The position numbers and the translations under genes are program-made. From positions 192,001 through 256,000 of the forward strand of contig CAVYLP010000006.1 in the NCBI GenBank assembly GCA_963769425.1: a stretch of 64,000 nt of DNA, read 5' to 3'. Below the pieces are notes generated by a model, which was given only the letters and a program-made list of their open reading frames with translations, ran no database searches and was not told the DNA's origin. This stretch comes from Candidatus Bathyarchaeota archaeon (lineage in GTDB: Archaea > Thermoproteota > Bathyarchaeia > TCS64). Below are positions 26,455-36,609 of this stretch, piece by piece (position 1 is the first letter of the stretch; each line of letters starts with the position of its first letter).

Positions 26455-29247
26455 ATGTTGGGTAGAAGACTATTAGCCGTGGCTCTCGTTGTGCTATTTT
26501 GCGTCTCCATCGCCATGCCCATCTGGCCCGCGAAGGCTGTCGATAGCGCCTCGGGAGTCATCACCAATACCGCTGGGCAACCATTGGTGGCCACAGTCAA
26601 AACACTCATCAACAACAAGATTGTAAAAACGACGAGGACCGGCATTGACGGATCATTTTCGATCCAATTGGACTCCGGGGTCACCTCAATCCTCGTCTAC
26701 TCGGATGACCCCTCAACGCCTGGGTTCGACTACCTCCCCGCCGTCATAGGTGTGAGCCCGGGACAGGTGGTCTCGGTGTTACTGGAGCCAGCGGCTTCCC
26801 TTAGCCTCAAGGGAGACATATTATTCGTCGACACCGATACGATCCCATCCTCCTATAGTTACCAAGTTCTGGACAGTGGGGGCTCACTATTCTCATCAAC
26901 CGGGTTCCCTCTCAGCTTCGGCTCAAAATCCACATCCACACTAACCATCCCCGAACTGCCAGCTAACACCCTAATCGTGCCCGCGGCGACGCCATATCGC
27001 CTCTGGTTTAGCGTCTCAATACTCGTGGGAAACAAAGTAACGACAAGGACTATCTCCTCTGACACCCAGCAACCCCTTGCCCAAGGTACCCTCACCGACT
27101 TCAACGTCGTCGGCTCGACGCTCCCTTACAACCTCGGTATCGTTGAGTCGGCCATCACGGAGGTCTCCCCTAGGATAGAAGCAATGGAGGTACAGGGCTT
27201 CTACTTGGTTAGGGAGAAGGGACTCATCGCCTCGGCAGAGGTGGGCTACGCCCAGGCGCTGCAGGATTATAACTCCGGCAACTATGATACGTCGTTCTAC
27301 GAAGCTAAGAGCAGCTTCATCGGAGCGAAGAGCACACTCGCCGACCTTAACAACCTCGCGACCGACGCGGCGTCGAGCGTCTATATCATCATCGGGTTCC
27401 TCGCCGTCGCCTCGGTGTCGGCTGGGTTCCTGATCGTCGATTCGAGGGGGATGCAGGCCGCCCTGGGGAGTGGGTTCTACGCTGGTTCACTCATCGTCTT
27501 GAATAGGGTGTACCCGGGGACGGCGGCTACGCCGCTCCAAGGGTTCCTCATAACTGCCGCGGTCTCATACGTGGTTGTCGTAGTCGTTGCCATATTTCTC
27601 CCCAAACTGCTTGGAGGGGGAAGCGGTGACGGTAGGGTTAAGCTAAGCGCCATCCTCGTCCCAGTCTTCAGCATAGCTAAACGGAGTCTGAAGAGGAGGC
27701 GGCTGAGGTTTATCCTGACCCTGATCTCCCTCATGGTTCTCGTTATGAGCTTCGTCTCCCTCACCTCGCTCTCGGAGGGCTATGGGTTGATCACAGCGAG
27801 GGCTGGATCGGCCTCCTCGAATCAGGGTGTGCTTCTGCGCGCCTCGACATGGACAGCCGCTCAGCCTTCCTTCATCCCTTTACCGAGCTCAGAGGCCGCT
27901 TGGCTACTGAAGCAACCGGAGGTTAACGTGATTTCAATGAAGGTGGAGAACGCACCCCAGCAGAGCCCCATCACATCAATCGCGAGAAACAGAATCTACT
28001 CGATCATGGGCGTTGACGCGAGTAACGAGACGCAGATCCTCCCTATCGCTTCGACCCTAGCGTCAGGGAAGCTCCCCGGCCCAGGGGAGGTGGCGCTGAG
28101 CGTCACCCTTGCAGGTCAGCTGGGCCTCAAACTCGGTGATAGCGTGAAGCTGAGGGACCAGACGCTGACCCTGGTTGGACTCCTCGATGATGCGTCCCTC
28201 GCTACCCTCACAGACCTCGACGGAAGCAGTTACATACCCGATAAATGGGTGAACCTGAGTCAGCCGGGGGATCCCCCATACTGGGAGAGACAGTCGACAC
28301 TACCCTCCGAGGCGGTCCTCCTCGACGCCTCGACGGCTAGCCTCTTCCAGATCCTTGGGGTGACGAGGATCGCCATGAAAGTTGACCCGGCGGGGCAGGA
28401 TGCCTTCGCCGAGAAGCTGGCGGTAGAGAGGGGATACGAGACATGGTCGGCCACATCCACAGGGGTCACCTACGCTGCCCTTAGCAACTACTTGGAGGGG
28501 AAAGGGTTACCGCTGATAATTCCCTGGGCGATAGTTGTGCTCAACGTGGTGGTGACGATGTTGAACTCCCTCTTCGAGAGGAGGCGCGAGATCAGTATAT
28601 TATCCTCGGTGGGGCTGAATCCTGCGGAGATTTCCTCGATATTCGTCGCAGAGGCGTCGATCACGGGCTTCATAGCGGGTGGCTTAGGCTACCTCGCTGG
28701 CCTCGCCTTCTACAGGGTCATGCCCCTTCTAGGCCTCGCCCTAGAGGTTCAGCAGAAGGTCTCATCAGTCTGGACCCTCGCAGCCATCGGGATATCCATT
28801 TCAGCCGTCCTAGTCGGCGCCTTTGCCGCGCTGAGGAGCAGCATCGTAATAACCCCGAGTCTGACCAGAAAGTGGAAGCTCGAAGAGGGGGAGGGCGGAC
28901 TCGACAAGCCCTGGGTCGTCACCGTTCCCTTGAAGCTAGAGACTGCGGAGGTGGATGGCTTCGTTGGTTACCTCGAGGGAAGGCTCCACGCCCTCGAAAA
29001 TGATCAGGTCAGGCTCACCGCGAGGGTTAGGGTGGAGGCCAGGGGCGACACCAAGGTCGTCTCATTCATCTACAAGTCCTACCAATCGACGACTGGGAAC
29101 TTCTACACTAAGAACTCAGTGTTCGTCGAGCCAGGTGAGGAGGGCTACAAGGTGAGGCTTGAATCAGCTGGCGGGCAGGATTGGGCGCACGAGACAGGGT
29201 CGCTCATCCGCCAGATCGCGATGGAGTGGAGCAACAGACCCCGCTAG
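26455..29247 (+). CDS. Large FtsX/MacB-like ABC permease
   Basis: Signal peptide, extracellular domain, RRRLRFILT, ERRREISILSSVGLNP. Confidence 0.85.
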   Translation: MLGRRLLAVALVVLFCVSIAMPIWPAKAVDSASGVITNTAGQPLVATVKTLINNKIVKTTRTGIDGSFSIQLDSGVTSILVYSDDPSTPGFDYLPAVIGVSPGQVVSVLLEPAASLSLKGDILFVDTDTIPSSYSYQVLDSGGSLFSSTGFPLSFGSKSTSTLTIPELPANTLIVPAATPYRLWFSVSILVGNKVTTRTISSDTQQPLAQGTLTDFNVVGSTLPYNLGIVESAITEVSPRIEAMEVQGFYLVREKGLIASAEVGYAQALQDYNSGNYDTSFYEAKSSFIGAKSTLADLNNLATDAASSVYIIIGFLAVASVSAGFLIVDSRGMQAALGSGFYAGSLIVLNRVYPGTAATPLQGFLITAAVSYVVVVVVAIFLPKLLGGGSGDGRVKLSAILVPVFSIAKRSLKRRRLRFILTLISLMVLVMSFVSLTSLSEGYGLITARAGSASSNQGVLLRASTWTAAQPSFIPLPSSEAAWLLKQPEVNVISMKVENAPQQSPITSIARNRIYSIMGVDASNETQILPIASTLASGKLPGPGEVALSVTLAGQLGLKLGDSVKLRDQTLTLVGLLDDASLATLTDLDGSSYIPDKWVNLSQPGDPPYWERQSTLPSEAVLLDASTASLFQILGVTRIAMKVDPAGQDAFAEKLAVERGYETWSATSTGVTYAALSNYLEGKGLPLIIPWAIVVLNVVVTMLNSLFERRREISILSSVGLNPAEISSIFVAEASITGFIAGGLGYLAGLAFYRVMPLLGLALEVQQKVSSVWTLAAIGISISAVLVGAFAALRSSIVITPSLTRKWKLEEGEGGLDKPWVVTVPLKLETAEVDGFVGYLEGRLHALENDQVRLTARVRVEARGDTKVVSFIYKSYQSTTGNFYTKNSVFVEPGEEGYKVRLESAGGQDWAHETGSLIRQIAMEWSNRPR

Positions 29248-29936
29248 CCCCTCTCTATCCTCTCGATTCTGCCGTCCCTCATCCAGACCACGCGGTCTGA
29301 TGCCTTGATCATCTTGAGGTCGTGGGTGGCGGCGACGAGTGTGAGGCCGCGTGTCTTGTTGAGGCCGTGGAGGAGGTCGATTATCTCTGTCCCGGTGTTT
29401 AGGTCGAGGTTTCCAGTTGGCTCGTCTGCGAGGATTATCGCGGGGTCATTGGCGAGTGCGCGCGCTAAGGCGACGCGCTGCTGCTGCCCCGCGCTTAGCT
29501 GCATCGGCTTGTGGTTGAGTCTCTCCCCGAGGCCGACGCTCTCAAGGAGCTTCTGCGCCTTCTTCATCCCCTCGTCGTGGGGCGTCCCCGCGAAGACAGT
29601 AGGGAGGGCAACATTCTCCAGCGCCGTGAGGACCGAGATGAGGTTGAAGCTCTGGAAGATGTACCCGATCCTGCGGCACCTAAGCCACGCGAGCTCATAG
29701 GCGTCAAGCTTGCTTATGTCGACCCCATCGATGAGGACATTTCCCTCAGTTGGGCGGTCGAGTCCACCTATCATATTGAATAGGGTGGTCTTCCCCGAGC
29801 CACTCGGCCCAACGAGGCTCACATACTCCCCTCTGCCGATGCTGAGGTTGACGCCATCGAGGGCCTTCACAGTCTCGCCCCCCACCTCGTAGTGCCTCTT
29901 CAGCCCCTTGAGTTCAATCACCGTGTCAAAGCTCAT
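29244..29936 (-). CDS. ABC ATP-binding protein (LolD/MacB type)
   Basis: GPSGSGKT, LSAGQQQRV, ILADEPTGNLD. Confidence 0.93.
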   Translation of the reverse strand: MSFDTVIELKGLKRHYEVGGETVKALDGVNLSIGRGEYVSLVGPSGSGKTTLFNMIGGLDRPTEGNVLIDGVDISKLDAYELAWLRCRRIGYIFQSFNLISVLTALENVALPTVFAGTPHDEGMKKAQKLLESVGLGERLNHKPMQLSAGQQQRVALARALANDPAIILADEPTGNLDLNTGTEIIDLLHGLNKTRGLTLVAATHDLKMIKASDRVVWMRDGRIERIERG

Positions 29937-30531
29937 ATCTTAGCGCCTCCACGGGGTCAAGCCTCGAGGCCCTATATGCAGGGTAGATCGTCGCTACCGT
30001 GCTCAAAGCCACGGCGATGGCGAGGGACGAGGTAAACATGATAACATTCTGAGTAAAGGGTACCTTGAGTACTATATCGAAGCCCGTCGAGAAGCCTGTG
30101 GTGAGGAGCGCAGCTACGAGACCAACTCCGTACCCAATCACACCACCGACGAGACCCTGCAGCAACGCCTCGATGAGGAAGAGAAGCGTTATGTGCCTAT
30201 CCAAAGCGCCTAAGCATTTCATCGTCCCGATCTCCTTCACCCTCTCCTGGACGCTGATTAGCATCGCGTTAGTTATCCCCACAACGCTTACAACCAGGGC
30301 AATAGAGACGAGCCAGTAGTAAGTGGCCTCAACGTTGAGGCTACCCCCGCCGAGGCTAGAGTATGTCCTATAGAATGTGTCGGCGAGTAGGAGGCTAGTG
30401 TAAAAGCTAAGTCCGAGGGCGATTGAGGCGACGTTAAGGGCGCTACGGTCTAGGCGTCGGAGTAATTGACTATAGCCTAGCCTGAACGCCTCGGCGTATC
30501 CGAGGTGGACGCGCCTCTCCCCCGTGTTCAT
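29926..30531 (-). CDS. Small FtsX-like permease
   Basis: ERVKEIGTMKCLGA, PAYRASRLDPVEALRYE. Confidence 0.88.
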   Translation of the reverse strand: MNTGERRVHLGYAEAFRLGYSQLLRRLDRSALNVASIALGLSFYTSLLLADTFYRTYSSLGGGSLNVEATYYWLVSIALVVSVVGITNAMLISVQERVKEIGTMKCLGALDRHITLLFLIEALLQGLVGGVIGYGVGLVAALLTTGFSTGFDIVLKVPFTQNVIMFTSSLAIAVALSTVATIYPAYRASRLDPVEALRYEL

Positions 30532-30573
30532 CCCCCTTTGATCGCCCCGCCGGGGGTATAAATTGTGCGTGGG

Positions 30574-30762
30574 CTAGTTGAGGTCGTCCTGCTCCCACTC
30601 TTCCTCGCTATACTCCTCCTCTATCTCCTCGTCGTTCCAGCCGAGGCAGTCGTAGCAGAGGCCCTTCTTGGTGTCCCCGCACTCGGAGCAGTACTTGGCG
30701 CCGCACTCCTTGCAGTCCTGAAGCTCCTGCACATCCATGCCGCAGATCTCGCAGAGTGGCAT
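30574..30762 (-). CDS. Small Cys-rich zinc-finger protein with acidic tail
   Basis: CEIC..CKECGAKYCSEC..CYDC followed by a Glu-rich tail. Confidence 0.7.
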   Translation of the reverse strand: MPLCEICGMDVQELQDCKECGAKYCSECGDTKKGLCYDCLGWNDEEIEEEYSEEEWEQDDLN

Positions 30763-30811
30763 CAGCGATCCCATTTGGAGCCGGAGGCGCGGAGGCTATA
30801 AACCTATTGAG

Positions 30812-31765
30812 CTATTTGGAGGCAACTCGACGGAGGAGCTCCTCGTCTATGTTGCCCCCACTGATGACAACGCCGACGCGTCTGCCCTTGAAGCGGTTAG
30901 GGTCTTCCATGAGTGCGGCGACGCCAACGGCTCCGGAGCCCTCGATTACCTCGTGTTGGCGGAGGAGCATCAGTCGGAGGGCGTCGACAATGGTGGTCTC
31001 CTTGACGTCTATCCAGTCGTCGACGAGGCTCTGGCAGATTGGGAAAGTGACGCTGCCCTGCTCGATGCCGCCGTGGAGTCCCTCGGCGACGGTGTCGTAC
31101 ATGGGTATGTCGATTATCTTGCCCGCCTTGATGCTCTCGTGCATCACTGGGCTGGCGATGGTCTGGATGCCAATTACTTCCGCTTTAGACGCTGCCTTCA
31201 CGACGGTTGCGATACCGGAGATTAGACCGCCACCACTGACGGGGACGAGGACGACGTCGAGCGAGGGGCCGTCCTCCACCATCTCGAGCCCCACGGTGCC
31301 CTGCCCCGCGATTAGGTCTGCGTCGTTGTAGGGGCTGAGGAAGGGCATGCCTCCTTCTCGGCTCATCTTCTGCGCGAGGCGCTCCGCCTCCATATACTCG
31401 TCGCCGTGGACTGTGAGGTCCGCGCCGAGGGCCCTGATTGCGTCCCTCTTCACCTTCGGTGTGTTACCGGGTACTACTATAGCGGCCTTGACGCCTAGCT
31501 GCCTCGCCGCGTAGGCGACGCCCTGAGCGTGGTTCCCCGAGGAGGCGGCGACGACACCCCTCCGCCTCTCGTCTGGGGTGAGGAGGGCTATCCTGTTCGA
31601 GGCGCCGCGTATCTTGAATGAGCCGGTGAGTTGCCGGTTCTCGAGCTTGAGATAGACCTCCCCGCCCGTCAGCTCGCTGAGGAGGGGTGAGTGCTCGAAT
31701 GGGGTTCTCCTGACCCAGGGGCCCATGCGCTTTCGGGCCTCGTAGACGTCACCGAGGGTTACCAT
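30812..31765 (-). CDS. Threonine/serine dehydratase (PLP-dependent)
   Basis: LKLENRQLTGSFKIRGA, ASSGNHAQG, SGGN. Confidence 0.92.
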   Translation of the reverse strand: MVTLGDVYEARKRMGPWVRRTPFEHSPLLSELTGGEVYLKLENRQLTGSFKIRGASNRIALLTPDERRRGVVAASSGNHAQGVAYAARQLGVKAAIVVPGNTPKVKRDAIRALGADLTVHGDEYMEAERLAQKMSREGGMPFLSPYNDADLIAGQGTVGLEMVEDGPSLDVVLVPVSGGGLISGIATVVKAASKAEVIGIQTIASPVMHESIKAGKIIDIPMYDTVAEGLHGGIEQGSVTFPICQSLVDDWIDVKETTIVDALRLMLLRQHEVIEGSGAVGVAALMEDPNRFKGRRVGVVISGGNIDEELLRRVASK

Positions 31766-31797
31766 GGCTGGATAATGCGTAGAGACCGTATTATAAT

Positions 31798-32604
31798 CTA
31801 GGCACACGCCGCGGCTCGGTACGCCCTCTGTCTGCGGGCGTCGGCCTCTCCATAGGAGGGGTCTCGTGACAGGGCTTCCACGATCTCCGAGTGGAGGGCC
31901 GTGAATCCTCGCTCGTCCTTTGACGCCTCCATCACCTCCTCGATGGAATCGCTGAAGGCCCTTAGGAGTGGTTCAAGTGATGTGTTCCCGCTGAGAAGGT
32001 CCCTGATGAGTGTCGGGCTCTCACCCGCCACGCTCTGGGCGAGTGTGTACTGGAGGGTGAACGTAGGGCCCGCTATCCTTGACACTAAGGCAAGGTCCTC
32101 GCCGCCTAGGACCCGAGCAAGGGCGAGGTTCATTGCGTAAGGTAGGGAGAGGACTGCGGCCATGCAGCGATCGTGGCGCCCCGCATCTATTTTGACGAGG
32201 TCCGCCCCCGGGAAGAGGAGCTCAGCCCTAACCAGTTCATTTGCTGGGTCGGCGACCGGGATCACGGCCACCACTCGCCCGTGTAGAGAAGTTGTCGAGG
32301 GACCGAACATCGGGTGGATGCAGAGGGGGGATACGCCGAGGCGACTCGCCTCAAGGAGCGCCGCGTGGCTCTCCGTCTTGAGGCTTGCTATCTCTGCGAG
32401 AACAGCTCCCCTCCTCATTCGGGGGGCAACTTCACGGATAACGGTGGGCGTCGCGCCTATCGGCACCGAGACGAAGACGAGGTCAAGTGCCTCGAGCTCC
32501 TCGGGACACGCGTCTATGGGCTCCACTTTGTAGCCAATGCCTCTGAGGTGCTGGGTGAGCCAGCCGCCCATCCTGCCACCGGCACCTACGACGCCCGCCC
32601 TCAA
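31798..32604 (-). CDS. tyrA: Prephenate dehydrogenase
   Basis: GAGGRMG, EIASLK, IHPMFGP, HDRCMA. Confidence 0.88.
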   Translation of the reverse strand: MRAGVVGAGGRMGGWLTQHLRGIGYKVEPIDACPEELEALDLVFVSVPIGATPTVIREVAPRMRRGAVLAEIASLKTESHAALLEASRLGVSPLCIHPMFGPSTTSLHGRVVAVIPVADPANELVRAELLFPGADLVKIDAGRHDRCMAAVLSLPYAMNLALARVLGGEDLALVSRIAGPTFTLQYTLAQSVAGESPTLIRDLLSGNTSLEPLLRAFSDSIEEVMEASKDERGFTALHSEIVEALSRDPSYGEADARRQRAYRAAACA

Positions 32605-32670
32605 GCCTGAGCCCCCACCATACCCTTGGCGGAGCATATTTCTGCCTTGAGGACAGGCTGCGCTGCCCAT

Positions 32671-33480
32671 CTAGGCCCTTGGGTAGGAGCCGAGGACCTT
32701 CAGGCTCTTCGCGTGGGCCTCCATCTCACGGAGGGCCTCGGCGGAGACGGGTTCATCCCTGTGCCCCTCGAAGTCCACGAAGAAGACGTACTCCCACGGG
32801 CGACCCAGGTATGGGCGTGACTCTATCTTCGTGAGGTTCAGGCGGCGGTCCGCGAGGGCGCATAGGGCGGCTATTAGGGTCCCGGGCTTGTGGTCGACGG
32901 TGAAGGCGATGCTCGTTTTGTCCCTTCCTGTCGCCGGCGCGGCGCTGCGCCCGATGGCGAGGAAGCGGGTGTAGTTCGCCCTGTCAGTCTCTATCCCCAG
33001 GTCGAGAACGTTCATGCCGTATATCTCGGCCGCCCGCTCGCTAGCTACGGCCGCGGCGTCGAGGAGTTCCCCGTCCCTGATCATCTTCACTGCCCCCGCG
33101 GTGTCGTAGTAGTTGACGGGCTCATAGCCGTGGGCGACGAGGTAGGCGCGTGTCTGGCCTAGGGCCTGTGGGTGGGAGTAGACCCTCTTGATGTCCCCGA
33201 GGCTCACGCCGGGGTTGGCTATGAGGCAGTGGATTACCCGGAAGACGGTCTCCCCCATTACCGTGAGGCTCCTCTCGTTAAGAAGATCATAGGTCCGCGT
33301 TATGCTCCCCTCGATGGTGTTCTCAACGGGGACGAGGCCTGCCTCGGCCTCCCCCGACTCTATGGAGTCGAAGATGTCCTCAAGGTAGGGCTTCGGGGCC
33401 GGTTCGGCCGCGTCCCCCCAGTGCTGGACGACGGCGGCCTCGCTGTAGGCCCCGGGCATCCCTTGGTAGGCTACTCTCAT
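32671..33480 (-). CDS. pheA: Prephenate dehydratase
   Basis: AYQGMPGAYSE, PVENTIEG, SHPQAL, NYTRF, ACT domain TKIESRP. Confidence 0.95.
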   Translation of the reverse strand: MRVAYQGMPGAYSEAAVVQHWGDAAEPAPKPYLEDIFDSIESGEAEAGLVPVENTIEGSITRTYDLLNERSLTVMGETVFRVIHCLIANPGVSLGDIKRVYSHPQALGQTRAYLVAHGYEPVNYYDTAGAVKMIRDGELLDAAAVASERAAEIYGMNVLDLGIETDRANYTRFLAIGRSAAPATGRDKTSIAFTVDHKPGTLIAALCALADRRLNLTKIESRPYLGRPWEYVFFVDFEGHRDEPVSAEALREMEAHAKSLKVLGSYPRA

Positions 33481-33752
33481 GGGTTCTCCTCCGCCTCGAC
33501 GCACAGGTCGATTATTGCCCGGTATATTCTCTCGACGCCGTCGGGGTCGAGGCCCAGCTCGGCTGCTTGCGCCCTTACCTGGTCGAGGACGACGCGCTCC
33601 CTAGTCGCATCCACGATGGGCTTACCGTGGCGCTTCTTCACATCCGCGATCGCTCTAGCGACGCCGACGCGCTCCGCAAGCCTGTCCAGAATCTCAACGT
33701 TGAGCCTGTTGATCTCCTTCCTGAGCCCAGCCATCTCCTCATCGTAGGTCAT
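33477..33752 (-). CDS. Chorismate mutase (AroQ type)
   Basis: LRKEIN..LAERV..IADVKK..IVDATRE. Confidence 0.85.
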   Translation of the reverse strand: MTYDEEMAGLRKEINRLNVEILDRLAERVGVARAIADVKKRHGKPIVDATRERVVLDQVRAQAAELGLDPDGVERIYRAIIDLCVEAEENP

Positions 33753-34847
33753 CGTCTTTCACCTAGCACCTGTGGGATGAGTCCCCTCCTGATGGCGTGG
33801 TCTGCGAGGGTGGCGGCGACCATCGCCTCGACGACTGGGACGGCTCTTGGGACTATGCATGGGTCGTGTCTGCCGCCTATGCTGATCTTGGCCTCGCTCA
33901 ACGTCGCGAGGTCGACGGTTCTCTGCGTCTTGGCGATGCTGGGGGTTGGCTTGAAGACGGCGCGGACAACAATTGGTGCCCCGGTCGTGATGCCGCCGAG
34001 GACGCCGCCCGAGTTGTTCGTAGCGGTTCCTATCGCGCCGCCCTCGGCTGTGTAGGGGTCGTTCGCCTCCGAGCCCCGCATGGATGCTAGCCTGATCCCC
34101 GCCCCGAACTCCACCGCCTTGACGGCGGGGACCGCGAAGAGCGCCTTGGCGACGTCACCCTCGATGGTGTCGAAGATGGGCTGCCCGACCCCAGCTGGGA
34201 GGCCGAGTGCCACGCACTCAACTACGCCCCCGACGCTATCACCCACCTTTCTTCGCCTCCTCGATGACTCGCACCATCTTCTCAGATGCAGACGGGTCTA
34301 GGCAGCCGACGATGCTCGTGGCCGCTTTTTTTATCTGGGCGAGGGTCGGCTCCGAAGCCTCCACGCCCCCGATGGCGCGCGTATAGGCGTGCACCTCGAC
34401 CCCGATAGTAGATAGTAGCTGCTCGGCGACGGCGCCCGCCATGACGAAGCCCGCGGTGACGCGGCCGGACGCCCTACCACCGCCCAAGTGGTCGTTGAAG
34501 CCACCGTAACGGGCCCAAGCGGTGTAATCGGCGTGCCCGGGCCTGGGCTTGCCTTTAATCTGATCGTAACTCGACGAGTCGTGGTCCCGGTTCCACGTGA
34601 GCATCAGGATCGGCGCGCCGGTCGTGTGCCCCTCGTGGACCCCGGATAGAATCTCGACCTCGTCGGTCTCGCTTCTAGCTGTCGTGACTGCGCTGGTGCC
34701 GGGGCGTCTCCTCTCCATCATACGGTGGAGCGCTTCCCCGTCTAAGGCGAGCCCCGCGGGGCACCCGTCGATCAAGACGCCGATACACTTGCCGTGGCTC
34801 TCGCCGAAACTAGTTACTCTGAACTCTGTTCCTATGCTGTTGCTCAT
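33749..34847 (-). CDS. aroC: Chorismate synthase, +1 frameshift near 34248
   Basis: FGESHG and PRPGHAD in ORF 34239-34847; GDSVGG, TNNSGG, KPTPS and GRHDPC in ORF 33749-34246. Confidence 0.92.
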
Positions 34848-36103
34848 ATCTTCTCCAACCTCCCACCGATCGCCGCGAGGTCGTCCCAGAAGCCCGGATA
34901 GGACTTCGAGACGCAGCCGGCGTCGTTGATCTTCGTCTCCCCCTCGGCTGTGAGGGCGAGTACTGCTAGTGACATGGCTATCCTGTGGTCCCCCCAGGAG
35001 TCGACATCGGCGCCCCTCGGTGTACCGCCCGTGATCTTCGCCGAATCAGGGTCACACCTCACCTTGATGCCCATGCGGGTAAGTCCCTCCACCATTGCTG
35101 CGACCCTGTCAGACTCCTTCAGCCTCAGCCTCCCGAGGCCGGTGAGGGTGCTCTCCCCCTCCGCCGCGGCGCAGAGGGCTGAGACAACGGGGAAGAGGTC
35201 GGGGCAGTCACTCATGTCGGCGCTGATCCCCCTCAGCGGGGACTTAGAGACTTTAACAGCTCCTCCAGCCGAAACATCGGCGCCCATCCGAGACAATACG
35301 CCAACGATCGCCCTATCCGCCTGTGAACTTGTTCGGTTTAGTCCCTGGAGCGTCGCGCCCCCGGTGAGGGCGCCGGCTGCGAGGACGTAGGCCGCGGAGG
35401 ACCAGTCACCCTCCACCTCCACCGCCGAGGCCCTGTAGGGTCCCAGCGGGGCCGTGAGCCGCCTCATATCAGGCGAGGCTCGCGCCTCGACGCCAAAGGC
35501 CCTCATCGCGTCCATTGTCATGGCGACGTACGGCCTCGATTCGAGTTGGGTCGTGAGGTTGATCTCGATTGGTGCGTCGGCGAGTGGGGCGACGGCGAGG
35601 AGGGCGGAGACGAACTGACTGCTGATGTCTCCGGGGAGCCTCGCCTCGCCACCCCTGATTCTCCCGTTGCCCATTATGGTGACGGGGGGGAGGCCGCCTC
35701 GGCTCGTGCAATTCACGCCGATCTGAGTTAGGGCGTCGAGGAGTGGCCCCACGGGACGCGCCGAGAGCGACTTCCCGCCTATGAGTCTGCACTCGCCGTC
35801 GACGAGGGCGCAGACGGCCGCCATGAACCTGAGGGTCGTGCCCGACTCTCCGCAGTGGAGATCATCTTTCGGTGCCTTGAGGCCTCCGCCCTCCACCGTC
35901 CACTTCTCGCCGCGGACGAGGTCGACGCCCAGCTTTCCGAGTACCGAGGCGGTCGCCTCCGTGTCGTCGGCGGTCAGCGGGTTCGCTATGGTGCTCTTCC
36001 CGTCGGCGAGGGCGGAGAGGACAAGGGCGCGGTGGGTCATGCTCTTCGAAGGTGGAGCTGTGAGCGTACCCTCGACCTCCGAGCGCCTTACGGTGACATT
36101 CAT
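34844..36103 (-). CDS. aroA: EPSP synthase
   Basis: PPSKSMTHR, GESGTTLR, SSQFVS, KESDR, DHRIAM, KSYP. Confidence 0.96.
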   Translation of the reverse strand: MNVTVRRSEVEGTLTAPPSKSMTHRALVLSALADGKSTIANPLTADDTEATASVLGKLGVDLVRGEKWTVEGGGLKAPKDDLHCGESGTTLRFMAAVCALVDGECRLIGGKSLSARPVGPLLDALTQIGVNCTSRGGLPPVTIMGNGRIRGGEARLPGDISSQFVSALLAVAPLADAPIEINLTTQLESRPYVAMTMDAMRAFGVEARASPDMRRLTAPLGPYRASAVEVEGDWSSAAYVLAAGALTGGATLQGLNRTSSQADRAIVGVLSRMGADVSAGGAVKVSKSPLRGISADMSDCPDLFPVVSALCAAAEGESTLTGLGRLRLKESDRVAAMVEGLTRMGIKVRCDPDSAKITGGTPRGADVDSWGDHRIAMSLAVLALTAEGETKINDAGCVSKSYPGFWDDLAAIGGRLEKI

Positions 36104-36609
36104 TGCACGGCCTCCAACCGCCCCTTGATCGCCTCGGCGACCCGGATCGGTGGAACGCCATTCGTGTCCACAACCATGTCCGCGGCCGCCAGGTACCGCT
36201 CGCGCCTCTCGTCGAGGAGCCTTCTGATCCGACCGAGCCTGTCCTCCCCCTCGAGCAGGGGGCGGGTCGTGTCCAGCCTCGTGCGGAGGCTTATCTCCTC
36301 GGGGCTCGCCGTGAGGAGGACCATCCTGCTTGAGCAGCGGAGGCGCTCAATGTTGAGGGGGTCGAGGACAGCTCCGCCGCCGAGGGCGATAACCTGCTCG
36401 TCCTCCGCGCTGAGGCGCTGTACCACCCCGCGCTCCAGCGCGCGGAACGCCGGCTCGCCGAGGCTTGCGAAGACCTCGCCGATCCTCATCCCCGCCTCCT
36501 TCTCCGCCTCGGCGTCGGAGTCGACGAAGGTGTACTCCAGGCGAGTGGCGAGTAGCCTGCCTACGGTGGTCTTGCCCACGCCCATGAACCCGAACAGGGC
36601 CACGTTCAA
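36100..36609 (-). CDS. aroK: Shikimate kinase, bacterial P-loop type
   Basis: GFMGVGKTTVGR, DSD, GEPAFR..E, GGG, RPLL. Confidence 0.92.
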   Translation of the reverse strand: MNVALFGFMGVGKTTVGRLLATRLEYTFVDSDAEAEKEAGMRIGEVFASLGEPAFRALERGVVQRLSAEDEQVIALGGGAVLDPLNIERLRCSSRMVLLTASPEEISLRTRLDTTRPLLEGEDRLGRIRRLLDERRERYLAAADMVVDTNGVPPIRVAEAIKGRLEAVQ

